A DNA stretch of 64,000 bases from Raillietiella orientalis. Lineage: Eukaryota. Position numbers and translations under genes: made by a program. Under the pieces are notes generated by a model. It did no database searches. It was not told the DNA's origin and saw only the letters and a program-made list of their open reading frames with translations. The stretch is taken from the NCBI GenBank assembly GCA_036172245.1, contig JAYWIR010000016.1:992001-1056000 (forward strand), written 5' to 3'. Below are positions 53,100 to 64,000 of the stretch, piece by piece (position 1 is the stretch's first letter; every line of letters starts with the position of its first letter).

Positions 53100-56000
53100 A
53101 ATCTCTTTAAATGACTGTCCTATTTACTTTATAATCTTTTCTTACATATGCCGTATGTAAGACAACAGCCACTGGAGAAAAAAGGGACTTTTTTTCCAAT
53201 ACAGCCCCTTACTATAAATCTAAATTTTTGCTCAATCTGCTGAGGGAATCTGTATCTTTCTGGCCGATATAGCAGTCGAAGAATATGGATGTTCCCTACG
53301 TTGCATTGCCTTTCCAAGTCGACTGAGTAAATGAACTCCGCTGCAGTCAAGCGGAAAGGTGATTTTTCAAGGAAAAACTGAATGTGATAACAAAAAGGGA
53401 AGCGAGGCTGCAGTTGCTGTTTCCTCTGAAAAGAAACGCAACGTTCCGCCACCATCTCAATTAGCACGGCCACAAAGAAAAACGTTGATACCAAGAATAG
53501 GCAATATCTAGTATAAAGTCAAACTATCCAAGGGAGAAATGGCAGAGGGAGAAGAAAGAAAAATCACTGCTGTAGGACTTTTGCTGTAAGCGAAGTGCTG
53601 CTGTATTACAAAGTTTCTTCTCGATGAGGACTGCGGGAAAGCAACCAAAGCTTCGGATTGAATGTAAAGTTCAATCCTTTCAATGGATAGATAACAGCCA
53701 ATAAAGAATTACAAATCTGAAGTCAGCAAAAGTTGCACTGCAGAGAAGTGAACGTGTACCTCGTCTACTTGAGGAGGACAAACTAGGAGACGTTTGCAGT
53801 GCTGAGGCATGTGGACTGTTCTGTCGCAACGACTTGTGCCCTCGAGGGAGAGGGATGTCACAGAAGTTTTTGAAAGAGCTCATCACTTGCAGGCGAGAGA
53901 GATGGCAGTGAGAAACTGCTTCTTTTTGTCACTCGGCAATGCAATTCAACTCCAGAAATTCAATCCATTCCCTGAAAATCTATGCAATGTCTTTCTTGCA
54001 TAAATCAGGTCATTAAGTTACTAAGAGCACGGGTTAACTATTCCGCTTTGAGAAGTTTTCTCTGCGTTTGAATCCAAAATCAGAGCTGAAAATAAAATAT
54101 GCTTTTGATGGTTCACATCTACATTGCCTATCCCTTCAAAATTGCAATCCATCTTTCTTACGTTCATCTGGAATTCATAATTCCATGAATAAATATGCAG
54201 CCTAAGGACCATTCGCATTCTAAAGCACTTTGATTTTCCCTCTTAGAAAAACTCTCCAAGGAAGGTTTTTTTTTTTGGGGGGGGGGGGGATTTGTGTTTT
54301 GACTACTTTTTAAAAGATTTTCCTATTTGTTTTATAATCTTTCCTATATACGGTATATAAAACGAAGCCATTGCTTTTGTAGGGGGTTCGTTGCAAAGAG
54401 GACGCTCACAGAACTTAGCAGCTGTTTTGAGAACCTCAACAAACTTCAATCAGTGGATGCCAGGAATTCCGTGATAACTTCCAGAGATTTGATTAGTGCA
54501 ACACTCGGAAGATTCAGAAAAGCTTATTCTCATAGGGCAAATAAATCTGAATTCGATCTGTAGAGATGAACCTGAATGCCTGGAGGTCAGGGGAAGTCGA
54601 AATTCCAGTGCGTTATTGGCGATACTGTATTTTTGTTAATAGTGGTTTGCCACCCTTTGAGTTACTGAGGCAAGTCCTCAGTAATTTCCAGAGGTGACCC
54701 AAGTGAAACCAGTGGGAAGATAACACGTTCTCAGTCAACAGGCAGCACGGAAACTCTGCGACCCCGCTCAGGGTGGGTGACGTTCCTGAATGAGTAATGA
54801 AGAGTTTCTCGAGAGGAAAGGCGCGGACACGGGGAGGTACCAAGTGCATTTATTCACGCATTTTTTGAAAGATAAGAATGAGATAATTAAAGACATGGGA
54901 ATGCACATCTGCATTGGTTTTCTGATGATTTCATGCTGCACATTAGCATTCTACATTTGCTGCTACGTTTTAAAGGCTTTTTGTTGCTCTTTCTTTGAAA
55001 AAATTGCAACCTTAGAAACGTCGTACTCCCGTCTTTGTCTTTTGTCGAGAAGGAATGAGACAGCCTGCCCCGGTATTCGAGACCGAATCTTCAGAGGTAT
55101 TCGCCTGATACAATATTTCGATAGTCTGTTTCTCTATAAGGAACTTTGATCTTTTATTGAGAAAATGCACCCTGGTTATTCGGGAAATGCGAATCAATCT
55201 AGGATGCTCTGATTGATTGAACAGTGCATCAGCTGTGCTCGTTTGTCATGCATTTGCTTGCCATGGCCTCTGCATTTCGATTACACGCACCTCGGACTTT
55301 TCTAAACGATGATATCGGACCTCCCGAATATTTTACCTGTGACGATTAAAGTAATCATTTGAAAGCATCTCAGCCTTGATCGATGTGAACGAGGTCCTTG
55401 ATATTGTCGGGATAAAGATTTCGATCGTTCGGAAGTCCCGCAGGATGAAAATACATTTGCCTTTCCCAACAGGATAAGAATACATCTGAGTGATTCGGGA
55501 ATCCGCTTGCGCAAATCAGCAACGGTTGTTTAAATTGCAGTTTGCTGAATATCGATGGCACCCGGGAGAGCAATCCAAAAAAAAAATCAAGGAATTGATA
55601 GCATGCGTGCAGTGCTATGGAGGGAGACGCAGAAAGTAAAAGAGGAAGAGGAAAGGGTCGTGTTTCAGAAGCAGTAGTTGGACAGCAAAGAGTAGGTTCC
55701 TCAGTTCTCATACACATCGACAGTTTATTTAGGTAATTTTAAAAAGTCGCTATTCCGTTTCGAGCTGGCAGGCAATGCACTCGGTGTCTGCGTCCGATGA
55801 TGCCACGGGAGAAGAATATCCCCGGGTTCCTCTGCAGCCACGTTTAAAAGCAAATCTGCAATGGGAGTCCGCAACCCTGCATCCGCAAGAGCGTTTATAC
55901 GTTTTCAATGAATTAGGGGAATGCGATCTATGCTGGAAACACTCGTGAACACTTATCCCGAAATGGGAACTCGATTCTCGAAACTGCTCGTTTCTCACGA

Positions 56001-56450
56001 GTCTCCTTCACTGCGAAGCGCTGCTGCCTGGGAATCCTGATCTTGCTTTCATCTCACCTCCTGATTCAGCGCGTGCTTCAAAACTGTTGAAGGGGTTCAT
56101 TCGCTAACCTGCTTCGTCCAGAAATATGCAAATGTCTTTGACCGGCGCTCCACGTTCTCCAGTCGGCCCTGTTGTCACTTTGCATATCCAGATTGCAAGT
56201 GACCCTCGAGTACTGCACCGCAGGCTGTGCTGATAAAAGTGAGAACGGCTGTGATATCTCGGGAGACGGAACCTTTCATGTCCGCGCCAAGTTCCGCCTC
56301 ACGTGCGGGGTGGCCGAATGGTTCCACCACGCGTAGGTGCGGCGGTGATGGTGGCTCGACTGAAACACCTGCATCTCGTGTATGGAGTTTGTCATCCGTT
56401 TCTGGTTTTCGGAGTGAGCCAGGATACGGTCGCTCTCCTGTCACTTGCCC
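53100..56450 (-). mobile_element. Ancient L1/Tx1-like ORF2 fossil of moderate GC
   Basis: KRSCGCRVADSHCRFAFK, NIKDLVHIDQG (~55385), IEILYQANTSEDSVSNTG...KTGVRRF*GC (55005-55125; cf. I..LY....V.VNG...GVRQGC). Confidence 0.55.
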
Positions 56451-56949
56451 GCAACATTAACTGAGTATCGGATGGACGAGGAAAAAAAAAAAAAAAAAAT
56501 GAATGTTATGAAGACTGGGGAATTTCCAGAGAGAAGGGAGGAGACCTCTGTTCCAGGTACGCATCAAGGTTAGCTGGGAGCTCCAAAGGGAACCACAGCC
56601 GGATGAAAGCATTGCAAGGCAAAGCGGAAGAGGGCAACAAGGAAGAGCGCGCGAGCGCTAGAGGGATTGGAAAATTTTGCAGCGGTTTCTGGACATGCAG
56701 ATTTTTTAGATTACTTTTTCTTCCACATTGCGATTCTACGGAGCACAAGAGATATAAACCATCCGGTTGATATTTATAGCACAGCTTCTTACTCATTCTT
56801 TAGCTGAAACTGATCGATGGTTCTATTGTTTTTTTTCTTCTGGAGCTTTCTAGAAATTCGAAAAATGAAAGCATCCCACGAATGCCATTGTTCTCTTTCG
56901 CTGTTTGAAGTTTTCCCTTTCACGGAGTTTAGGCAACGCTTCCTCAGGC

Positions 56950-57900
56950 TGGCTTATCTCGAATCTGATTCGTTAAAGATAGCAGCCAGCATGCTCCAGG
57001 AACCACTAATCTGAAAAGGAGCGCCGATGGTTTCCCAATTCTTCGGAATGGACGACCATGGACATCCGTATTTTCCCCTTGGGCAATCTCTCACCGGGAG
57101 AGCACCAACTCCGCCCGTGGTCAGAGGTGGACCACCAGTGATGCGTTTTCCCATTCCCTCGCGGGGAACGCGTTTTGTGGACGCTTCCATGTGCGACGGG
57201 CGCTGCTTTTTTGGAATGGGAATCGAGGGCAAGCCTCATGCGAAACGTGTGCTTCCGGGAACACCCTCGGGAGCAGCGTACCAAACGCATTCCCTGTTTC
57301 GAGGAAACTTCGGAGTCGCCCGGCTGCGGGCGCGCTGATGGGGAACGGCATCTTGTTAATGCCCAAGAACTCCCAAACCACGACCGAGCGCCCGCGAGGC
57401 TCCCGAGAGTTTCGCGCTCATTCCTCCTCCCAAGATTCCCTCGGGCGACCTTCGATGCAGCCTCTTGAAGAACGGGAGTTTTCATTCGGCTTTCTCCCTC
57501 AGGGATCCCCGGTGAAGCATCCTGCCTTCAGCTGACCGTCGCAACTCATCGAGCAGAGTCCGGACGGCCATTTCACCCTCCCCGGTCGGCGAGCTGAGAT
57601 GCTGGACCGAGAGGACAGTCGGAGGGACGAGCTGCAGCGCATCCGCAGCGTGTTTTTTCCAGAACAACGGAGAGCGGTGGACTCGAGCTTTCCGGCTGCG
57701 CTGAGCCTGTCCTCAGAAGCGCTTCTTGTCGGTGGTGTGTCCTCGGAATTTTGCGATGGGTTCTTCCTTTGCTGGATGCTGGGCCGCCTCCAAGCCAACT
57801 GACAGATTGTTTGGTGGTTCCACGGAACCTTCAACCAATCTGAACCACCTTCCTTTTTTAGAAACAAGTGGTTGTTGTTTTCCTTGAGTTGCCTTGCTGG
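56950..57900 (+). mobile_element. Decayed non-LTR ORF2 3' fragment
   Basis: FRGNFGVARLRAR (cf. GGLGVP.L..R), and LLVGGVSSEFCDGFFLCWMLGRLQAN*QIVWW, resembling the ORF2 terminal helix region. Confidence 0.35.
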
Positions 57901-58399
57901 TCGGTGCACCAAATGATGTTTCTTGGGTGGGAAGGTTCGCGAAGTATATCGAATAGTTGGAGTTGTCAGTTGCGTAGTCCAAGTCCTATTAGTGGGTCTG
58001 TGATGCGAGAGGATCTTCGAAATCGTATGCATTGCTTTACAAAGTCGATGTTCCGTGTGTAAAACCCAGTGTGATGTTCGAGGATCCATTTCTCTCCTTT
58101 ATGAGATTCATAATCTGGAGAAATAAAACATATTTATAGATTTTTATATTTTATTTCTAGATTTTTTATTTTACCTTGGTTTCGTAGGAATCATCTGTTT
58201 CGTTGTTAGTGGAACTCCGGATCTGATGGAGCAGGGGGCTCAAAGGACGCACCGGGAGCGAAGGATCGAATCTTCTGCTTTGAATGGGGAATCCTTCACC
58301 CGCAGAAAGTGGAGGAGTCATATCGCTCCTAATCTCATGGAAGGAAGAGGGAAGAAGGCGTATCTGGGAGCAGGAGGAGGAGGAGGAAGAAAAATCAAT

Positions 58400-61300
58400 G
58401 CCCCTTTTTAAAGCTCTACCGTCACGTGATTGCCTCCCGTTTCCCTCAGGTGGATAGCAGGATGAGTCGAACGTAAGAGGGGCTCTCCGGACCCGCTTTA
58501 GACCTCGCCGACTCTTCTCCTTGCATTCTCTTGCGCTTGCAGGAGTCCTCCTCCCGGAAGCCACCCGCCGCAGGGAGCGCGGACGCACATTCCCTCCCCC
58601 AGGTTCGGGAACTACCGCCCTCTTCTCGCTCCCGCTATTGCCATCGCGCAGCTCTCCTACCAGGTCGAGCTGCAGGTGGCCGGAGAGAGTCCCAGGAGAG
58701 GCGGCGGCCCCACGGAGCAGCAGCAACAGAGCATGGGGTGGGATGGCGCGAGGGGAGGAGGCTGGACGGGGCGAGCGCGGAGGGCGAAACGCAGAGTCTC
58801 GAACGAAGCAAAGAGTGCTCGAGGGGACGCCCTCGAGCGAGCAGTTTCCGAACTGAGGTTCCCCCGCCCCAGCATCACGAGCTCAAGAAAGAATAAGAGG
58901 GAGGTGCTTCCTTTCTCGGCCTTGTACTCTGAGCCAGGCCGAGGACCGATTCGCCTCGAGCATCCGGAAAGCGACCACAGAGCGTCCCGCTCCCCTGTCT
59001 ACAAACCTTCACGACGTTTCCTCCGGATGCGGAAGCGCTTGAGGAAATCCTGCGGTACGTATCCTGAAAACGTCGGATATGCGAAGGATGAGGGTACGAA
59101 AGATATCCGGATGAAGATACGAAAAGAAGTATACGTCTCGGGCACGGCCCACGAGATGGAGGAGTCCACTTCCTCAATCTGATGTACGACGAGGAAACCT
59201 TGCATCCGCGTGGACCTCTCCCTTCTTCCGCTCGCCAGCTTTCCTGGATGTAGGGGCTTGTATTTAGGCTATATGCACAGGATGCTGGTGGGAAGGGGGG
59301 AGGAAGAGAGGGGGGGAGGGGAAATTATCCCCCACCTCCGCAGCTGGACCGTTGTCCTTTCCGCGTCTTCCTCCGGCGGAGGAGGCTGCAGTTCCCAGTG
59401 ATGATCTCTTGGGTGCCTCTGGACCTACTGATGCCTGCGGTGCACATCCCGCTCGGTCAGGTGTTCCAGCTCACCGTTTCTTTGCTTGGCTCTTAGAGAT
59501 CTTCCGTATCCCGGTGATCGTTGTTCCTCGGGTTCCCGAAGGTCCTAGATGATCGCTCATACTGAGGCAGGTGCTATCTTTGGGCAAGAAGCGAGGAGTC
59601 AGTCCTCGGTGCTGCTCTCCTCCCTCCGCCTCTACTCTTTCAGGAACGCCTCCGAGTCCTCCGATAGTCAGGCAACGTGCAGCGGGACTGTTCTTCCTTC
59701 TCCCTGGAGCAACAGCTCTTGTGGGAGGTTGGGGCCCACCTCGGGGATAGGCTGGTTGGGGGGCCATCAGCTCCCGATGGTTTCTGGGAGGCCCCTTGAT
59801 CCAGGCTACCACTAGCTTGCCGTGCATGTGGGCAATCGGAACCAGGCAGCTGGTGCAGCCCGTTCGGGACATGGTACTCGAGGGATGCTCTCGCTGGAAG
59901 TGGATGGAGCCGGACTACGTTGGCAAATCTGTGATCTTCAAATCTCAGGTCCCTCCTCAAAGAATGGAAAAGTAGACCCACGCAGAACATGCCCTTCTCG
60001 CGGTCAGGGTGCTTTCCTGCGTGCGAGAGCTGCAGCTCTTCCCCAAATCGGACCGTGGGCGGGCAGGAGTCGAATCTCTCCCTTGGATGGAGTCCGAAAG
60101 TCTGATCTTTAACTCTAGGCTCGTGCCACGAGGCGTCCATGTTGCCCCCGCTCGGCTGGAGCGTTCCTTGACGACGGTCGACAATGACTGCGCTTGTCCC
60201 GATCTATGGGAACTGAAGGAGAGGGAGGAGGGAGAAGACAATTCGTTTGCAGATTTCCGGGTGGTCCAGTAAAAGGTGGACGGACGAAACGGGGGGAGAC
60301 TAAGAAGATTGAAAACCGGAGCATCTGGCTCTCCAGGGAAGTCGGGAAGTGCACCACAAGATGGAAAGAGATGCGCATCTTCTTTGCAATCTGGAGATGC
60401 AGCAGATCCTGCCAGATCATCCACGGGAACCAGGAAGACACGCGGGCGGAGCCTCTGGGGCAGCCTCGCGTTCCCAGTCTCCTCATCCGAAGAAGTGAAC
60501 CACCTCTGGAAACGCAGAAGCTGAGTCAGCGGAGAAGTTGCCAGGAGAGACCGCGGAGTGAGAATGACCATGGGAACCGGGAGGATGGGTGGGGAGGAGG
60601 AAGGGAGAAACAGCGACGACAGAGATCTCGACAGGAGGCGCGAGAGAGCTCCGAGGGAGAAATTCGCTCTCCGGGATGCATCATTTCCCGGTTCTGCTGG
60701 CGGTCCAGGGATACGAGAAGCAGCTCTCTGGAAACTGGGGCGGAAAGGGTGGGAAGGAGTGAGGGAGGAGGGGGAGAAGAAGCAAGAGGAAGAGAAGGGA
60801 AGCAGGAAGAATGGTTTCTGCGATCTTCGAGAACGTTCTCGAGACGGGGGAGAGGATCGTCCCCGTCCGAGACCCTCCCGGAAGCTGACCCCACCGCGGG
60901 CGGTGCTCACAGTCGTGCTCACAGTCCCTCAGAGTGCCCTGAGGCAGCGTGGACCCTATCTGGCACGCGCTGTTGATTTCGATAATGGAGCAACCCATGG
61001 CCATTCCTCTTTGCAGGAAGCTCAGTGCCGGAGCGCTCTTCGACCTGGGCTCGTAGATGGTCAGCGGCTCACCCACAGAGTGGGAGCGACGAGGACCCCA
61101 GTAGGTGCTGCGATTGTCCTCAGGCTTGCGAAAGTGGGGCAGTGCATCCTAGAAGGACCCATCCCACTTCGCTCTCGGATCGCCACAGTCGTAGTTCCTC
61201 CTGTTGCCCCTCACGCAGACACACGAAGCTGAGGACGCTGGATCACCCCAGCACCTTGTCCCGGAGTCACTTGCACGACTGGTTCTTCATCGCCTGGCAC

Positions 61301-63250
61301 GTTGTTGGCTGGAGTTGCGTCCCGCAGTGCCGGTCCCTGACCCCCTCCCAGAGGCAGCTGGAGAGGACCGGGACGTCGGAGACAGCGTTTTCCTCCTGGC
61401 CGATCCCCAGCAGAACGCGCGTCCTCGGACAGCCTCGGGGCAACGACGGAGCCGGTCGACTCTCCTCCGACCACGACGGAGCCGTGCTCCAGGGCGACGT
61501 TCTCTGCCCAGGGTGTGAGGCGTGGGGCAGACGTCCGGATGGTGCTCCAGGAGGGAAGTCAGGAGAACCGAGAAGAGCCATAAGCCCTTTCTGGGCCTCA
61601 GCACAGGCGAAATGGTCGAGTGCGCGAGGAGGAGCGCCAGAGTCATGCAGGAGAAGCGGGCAGGGCAGTCGCGGAATTCCCGATCGGGAATCACCGCGCG
61701 ACTCCCGGGAGCTGCTGCACTGAGGGTTTCTCCCAGAGTCCCTCCCCCTCCTCTTCCCCCCGTTGCCATGGGGCGCGGATGACCTCTGCCGAGAATTCAC
61801 GGTCGGAACTCGAGGAGGGAGGCCTTGCCGTGCTTTTCGCTGACGTCGTCGCCTGCATTGGAAACGTCAAGGTTTGCGCCTCCTTTCCTCCCTCCCTTCC
61901 TTCCCTCCCTCCCTGCCTCCAGGCATTTTTCTTTGCCTCCACTGCCAGCAACCCATTCGGTGTGCTACGAGAGAGGTCCTGGAGAAGTCGAGAGCGTGCA
62001 GGAATTTCATCCGCATGAATGTGCGCGTCTCGACGCGCTCGAGTCGTCCAATCGCAACCTGCCGTTGCCATCACCATCTTCGTTCTGCGGAATCCAAGGA
62101 TCCTGCGCTTCTCAGTTGATTTCAGACGCTTGCGATCCCTAGGTGCGGAAGTCTGAGGGGGTGCGTGTCCTCGAGAGCTCGATCTCTCTATGTGAGTAAA
62201 CTCTGGAGGTTCCGTCGTCGTCCTGGGCGACGTGAGCGCCATCCACATTCCAGTTCCCAGTCAGATGGAAAGATTGGAGGGGGAGGGGGGATTTTTTTGT
62301 GTTCCCCTCCCCTCTTCCTCCATCACATCTCTCTCAGCTCACGGCCACTGGGAGTTCTTGCGGGTGAACTCTGGGTCGTTCTCTCTGCCTTGCTCTCCAA
62401 CAGAACACGTCAACACCGTTTTTTGTTGTTGTTGTTTTGTATTGTTTTTTTTTAAAAAAAAACAAAAGAAAGAAAAGAAGGAAGAAAAAGTCTGGATCTC
62501 TCTGAATCCTCATCCCCGCGATGAAAGCCAAACATCTGGAATAACGACTATGCTGCTGCTTGCTGCCTGCCACCGCCTGAATCGCAACCACCTCGTGACT
62601 TTTCAAGCGGTCCTTCGAATGTGGATTCCAGCACTTCTTGCACACCGGACAAGGAAGCCCTTTCCCCCTCCATCCTTCCTCGAGATCAGATCGTCGGTGC
62701 TGCTGCAGCAGCAGCGTGCCACCGATGCTTACGTGACCTTGAGGTCTGCTGCTGCGCACCTCAAACTTGCGCAAGTGGTATCGGCTCTGGGTCACCGAAC
62801 GGTGGCTCCAGCCAGCCCACATGCATTTCGTGTGTTATCTGCAATCAGGATAAGGCTGTGGTCGTAACAATGAGCCCTGTTGAGGGGGGTCATTCGTGTC
62901 GTGGATGTGTCCCTTGAGAGTAAATAGGTCGGGATGGAGGTGCATCCATCCTGCTCGATTTCGTTCGCTCAAACGAAACAAGGGCTTGCAAGGCGGGTTG
63001 CTATGGACGATATGAGAGGCTCAGGCTGTTGGATACAGAAAAGTAGTTCCATCACCGACGTCATCCTCAGGTGATTGTAACCAAAAAGGAGTGTGGGATA
63101 AGAAGGACAAACAACCCAATTGCATCGGGAATAGAGCTGAAACTGATAGGACGAACCTGTCATACGAACGATCATTCATATAAATGGAGGTTAGGACCTT
63201 GAGTTCAGGATGAGAGCTGACTGTAATAAGAAGCAGTTGCATAGATTCCT
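58400..63250 (-). mobile_element. Best-preserved fossil: near full-length L1/Tx1-like ORF2 (endonuclease C-terminus, RT, post-RT)
   Basis: Collinear motifs: KSSRMD (~62950), CYDHSLILIA (~62855; SDH motif), HIHADEIP...SRSTPNGLLAVEAKKNAW (~61950; KSPGPDGL..EFYK..W), SAEVIRAPWQRG, LPHASHPGQ (~61510), LLGIGQEENAVSDV (~61395; LLSLDQEKAFDRV), LQRGMAMGCS (~61000), SDGDD (~60860; YADD), SISW...SFRIFIR (~59130). Confidence 0.7.
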
Positions 63251-63399
63251 ATTTTTTTTCTTTCACGGATGGGATAATAAATACATTATACTCACAGTGT
63301 ATCTGTTTTCAAGAAGTATTCCAAGATGTACTTGTTTGTGAGGGACATCGTTCGGATCACAGTAATGTGACTACGTCATAAATCACATTGCATAGGATA

Positions 63400-64000
63400 T
63401 TCTTAATCAAAGATTTGTGGAAGGAGTTGGGGAATGATTGAGGACATTGATCCAGAAACCGAAATCCATGTAAATTAAGTTGCATTCGAGAATTTTAGAA
63501 ACAGAAGACATTGCTGGAACATGAACCTATTAGCGATGGGTATTCACGTGTGAGATTGAAGTGTAATTCTTCCTGAAATCATTGCGGTTCATGTTCTCAG
63601 ATACAGTTTCCAAGGAGTTTGAGAAAAAGATGGGATGCTAGACGGATGCAGTGTAAGCAAGAAAGAGGTGAAATGCATCTAGCGGGAACGGCAATTCAGC
63701 ACCCGTGAGTTTGTAGCCTACGGGGCGATTCCGAAAAAGTGGCTGGAGAACGGAGGTTGCATGGGTTTGGGATCGGATGCTGATTCAGACGGTGGGGAAT
63801 CGACATCGTAATGGGTGAGGGATTTCAATACGGAGCTTACGTTTCACTTCGAAAGAAGAGTGAGGAATGGGATGATGATGAAATGAAAATATGGCAGTGG
63901 TACTTTAGGGTTTGCACGCGATACCCGCCGCGAATGAAAGAGATGTGGTGAAAATTGGGGGAAATGGCCACAGAAACTCCATTATCCAGCCTTTCATAGC
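63400..64000 (+). mobile_element. Possible decayed LINE endonuclease remnant running off the window end
   Basis: EFVAYGAIP (cf. NVYAP), DIVMG/RDFN (cf. I.GDFN), KIWQW. Weak. Confidence 0.3.

Noticed and set aside
59957..60922. 321-aa ORF on the minus strand
   Set aside because: Low-complexity off-frame reading through the LINE fossil.
60985..61015. GMAMGCS as a Penelope-like RT motif
   Set aside because: Flanking collinear motifs (SDH endonuclease, PGxDG, HPDQ, LDQEKAFD equivalents) indicate an APE-type LINE. The MG is more simply a mutated QG.
12000..64000. Interrupted RT frames as recoded, edited or programmed-frameshift genes
   Set aside because: Stops of different types, many irregular frameshifts and destroyed catalytic residues that differ in every copy fit neutral decay.
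1..64000. rRNA, tRNA, snRNA or CRISPR arrays
   Set aside because: None recognised by eye; no regularly spaced direct repeats. A covariance-model scan was not possible.

Overview
Eukaryotic (metazoan, probably arthropod; inference from gene content and 37-55 nt introns) genomic DNA. Four intact, spliced, AT-rich housekeeping genes can be reconstructed by hand: OXA1L (minus, runs off the window start), DDX20/Gemin3 (plus), BRK1/HSPC300 (plus) and an Aurora-A-type kinase (minus). Most of the rest (about 12-46 kb and 53-64 kb) has no credible intact gene. It is a field of roughly 15 very old, heavily mutated non-LTR (L1/Tx1-like) retrotransposon ORF2 fossils. They are recognisable only by the correct order of eroded endonuclease, RT and Cys-His motifs across frameshifts. 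They have drifted to very high GC in the middle of the desert, while gene bodies are AT-rich and CpG-poor. The window also holds an orphan UBE2O exon, two decayed hAT-like fragments, a candidate Sox/POU enhancer, a G2/M-type promoter, a GC-AG intron and an intronic hairpin. I found no rRNA, tRNA, CRISPR array or intact transposase/RT. Fossil assignments come from motif recognition by eye and their boundaries are approximate; they need profile searches to confirm. I could not identify a clearly novel intact molecular system. The most unusual signal is the mutational and compositional regime recorded by the LINE fossils.
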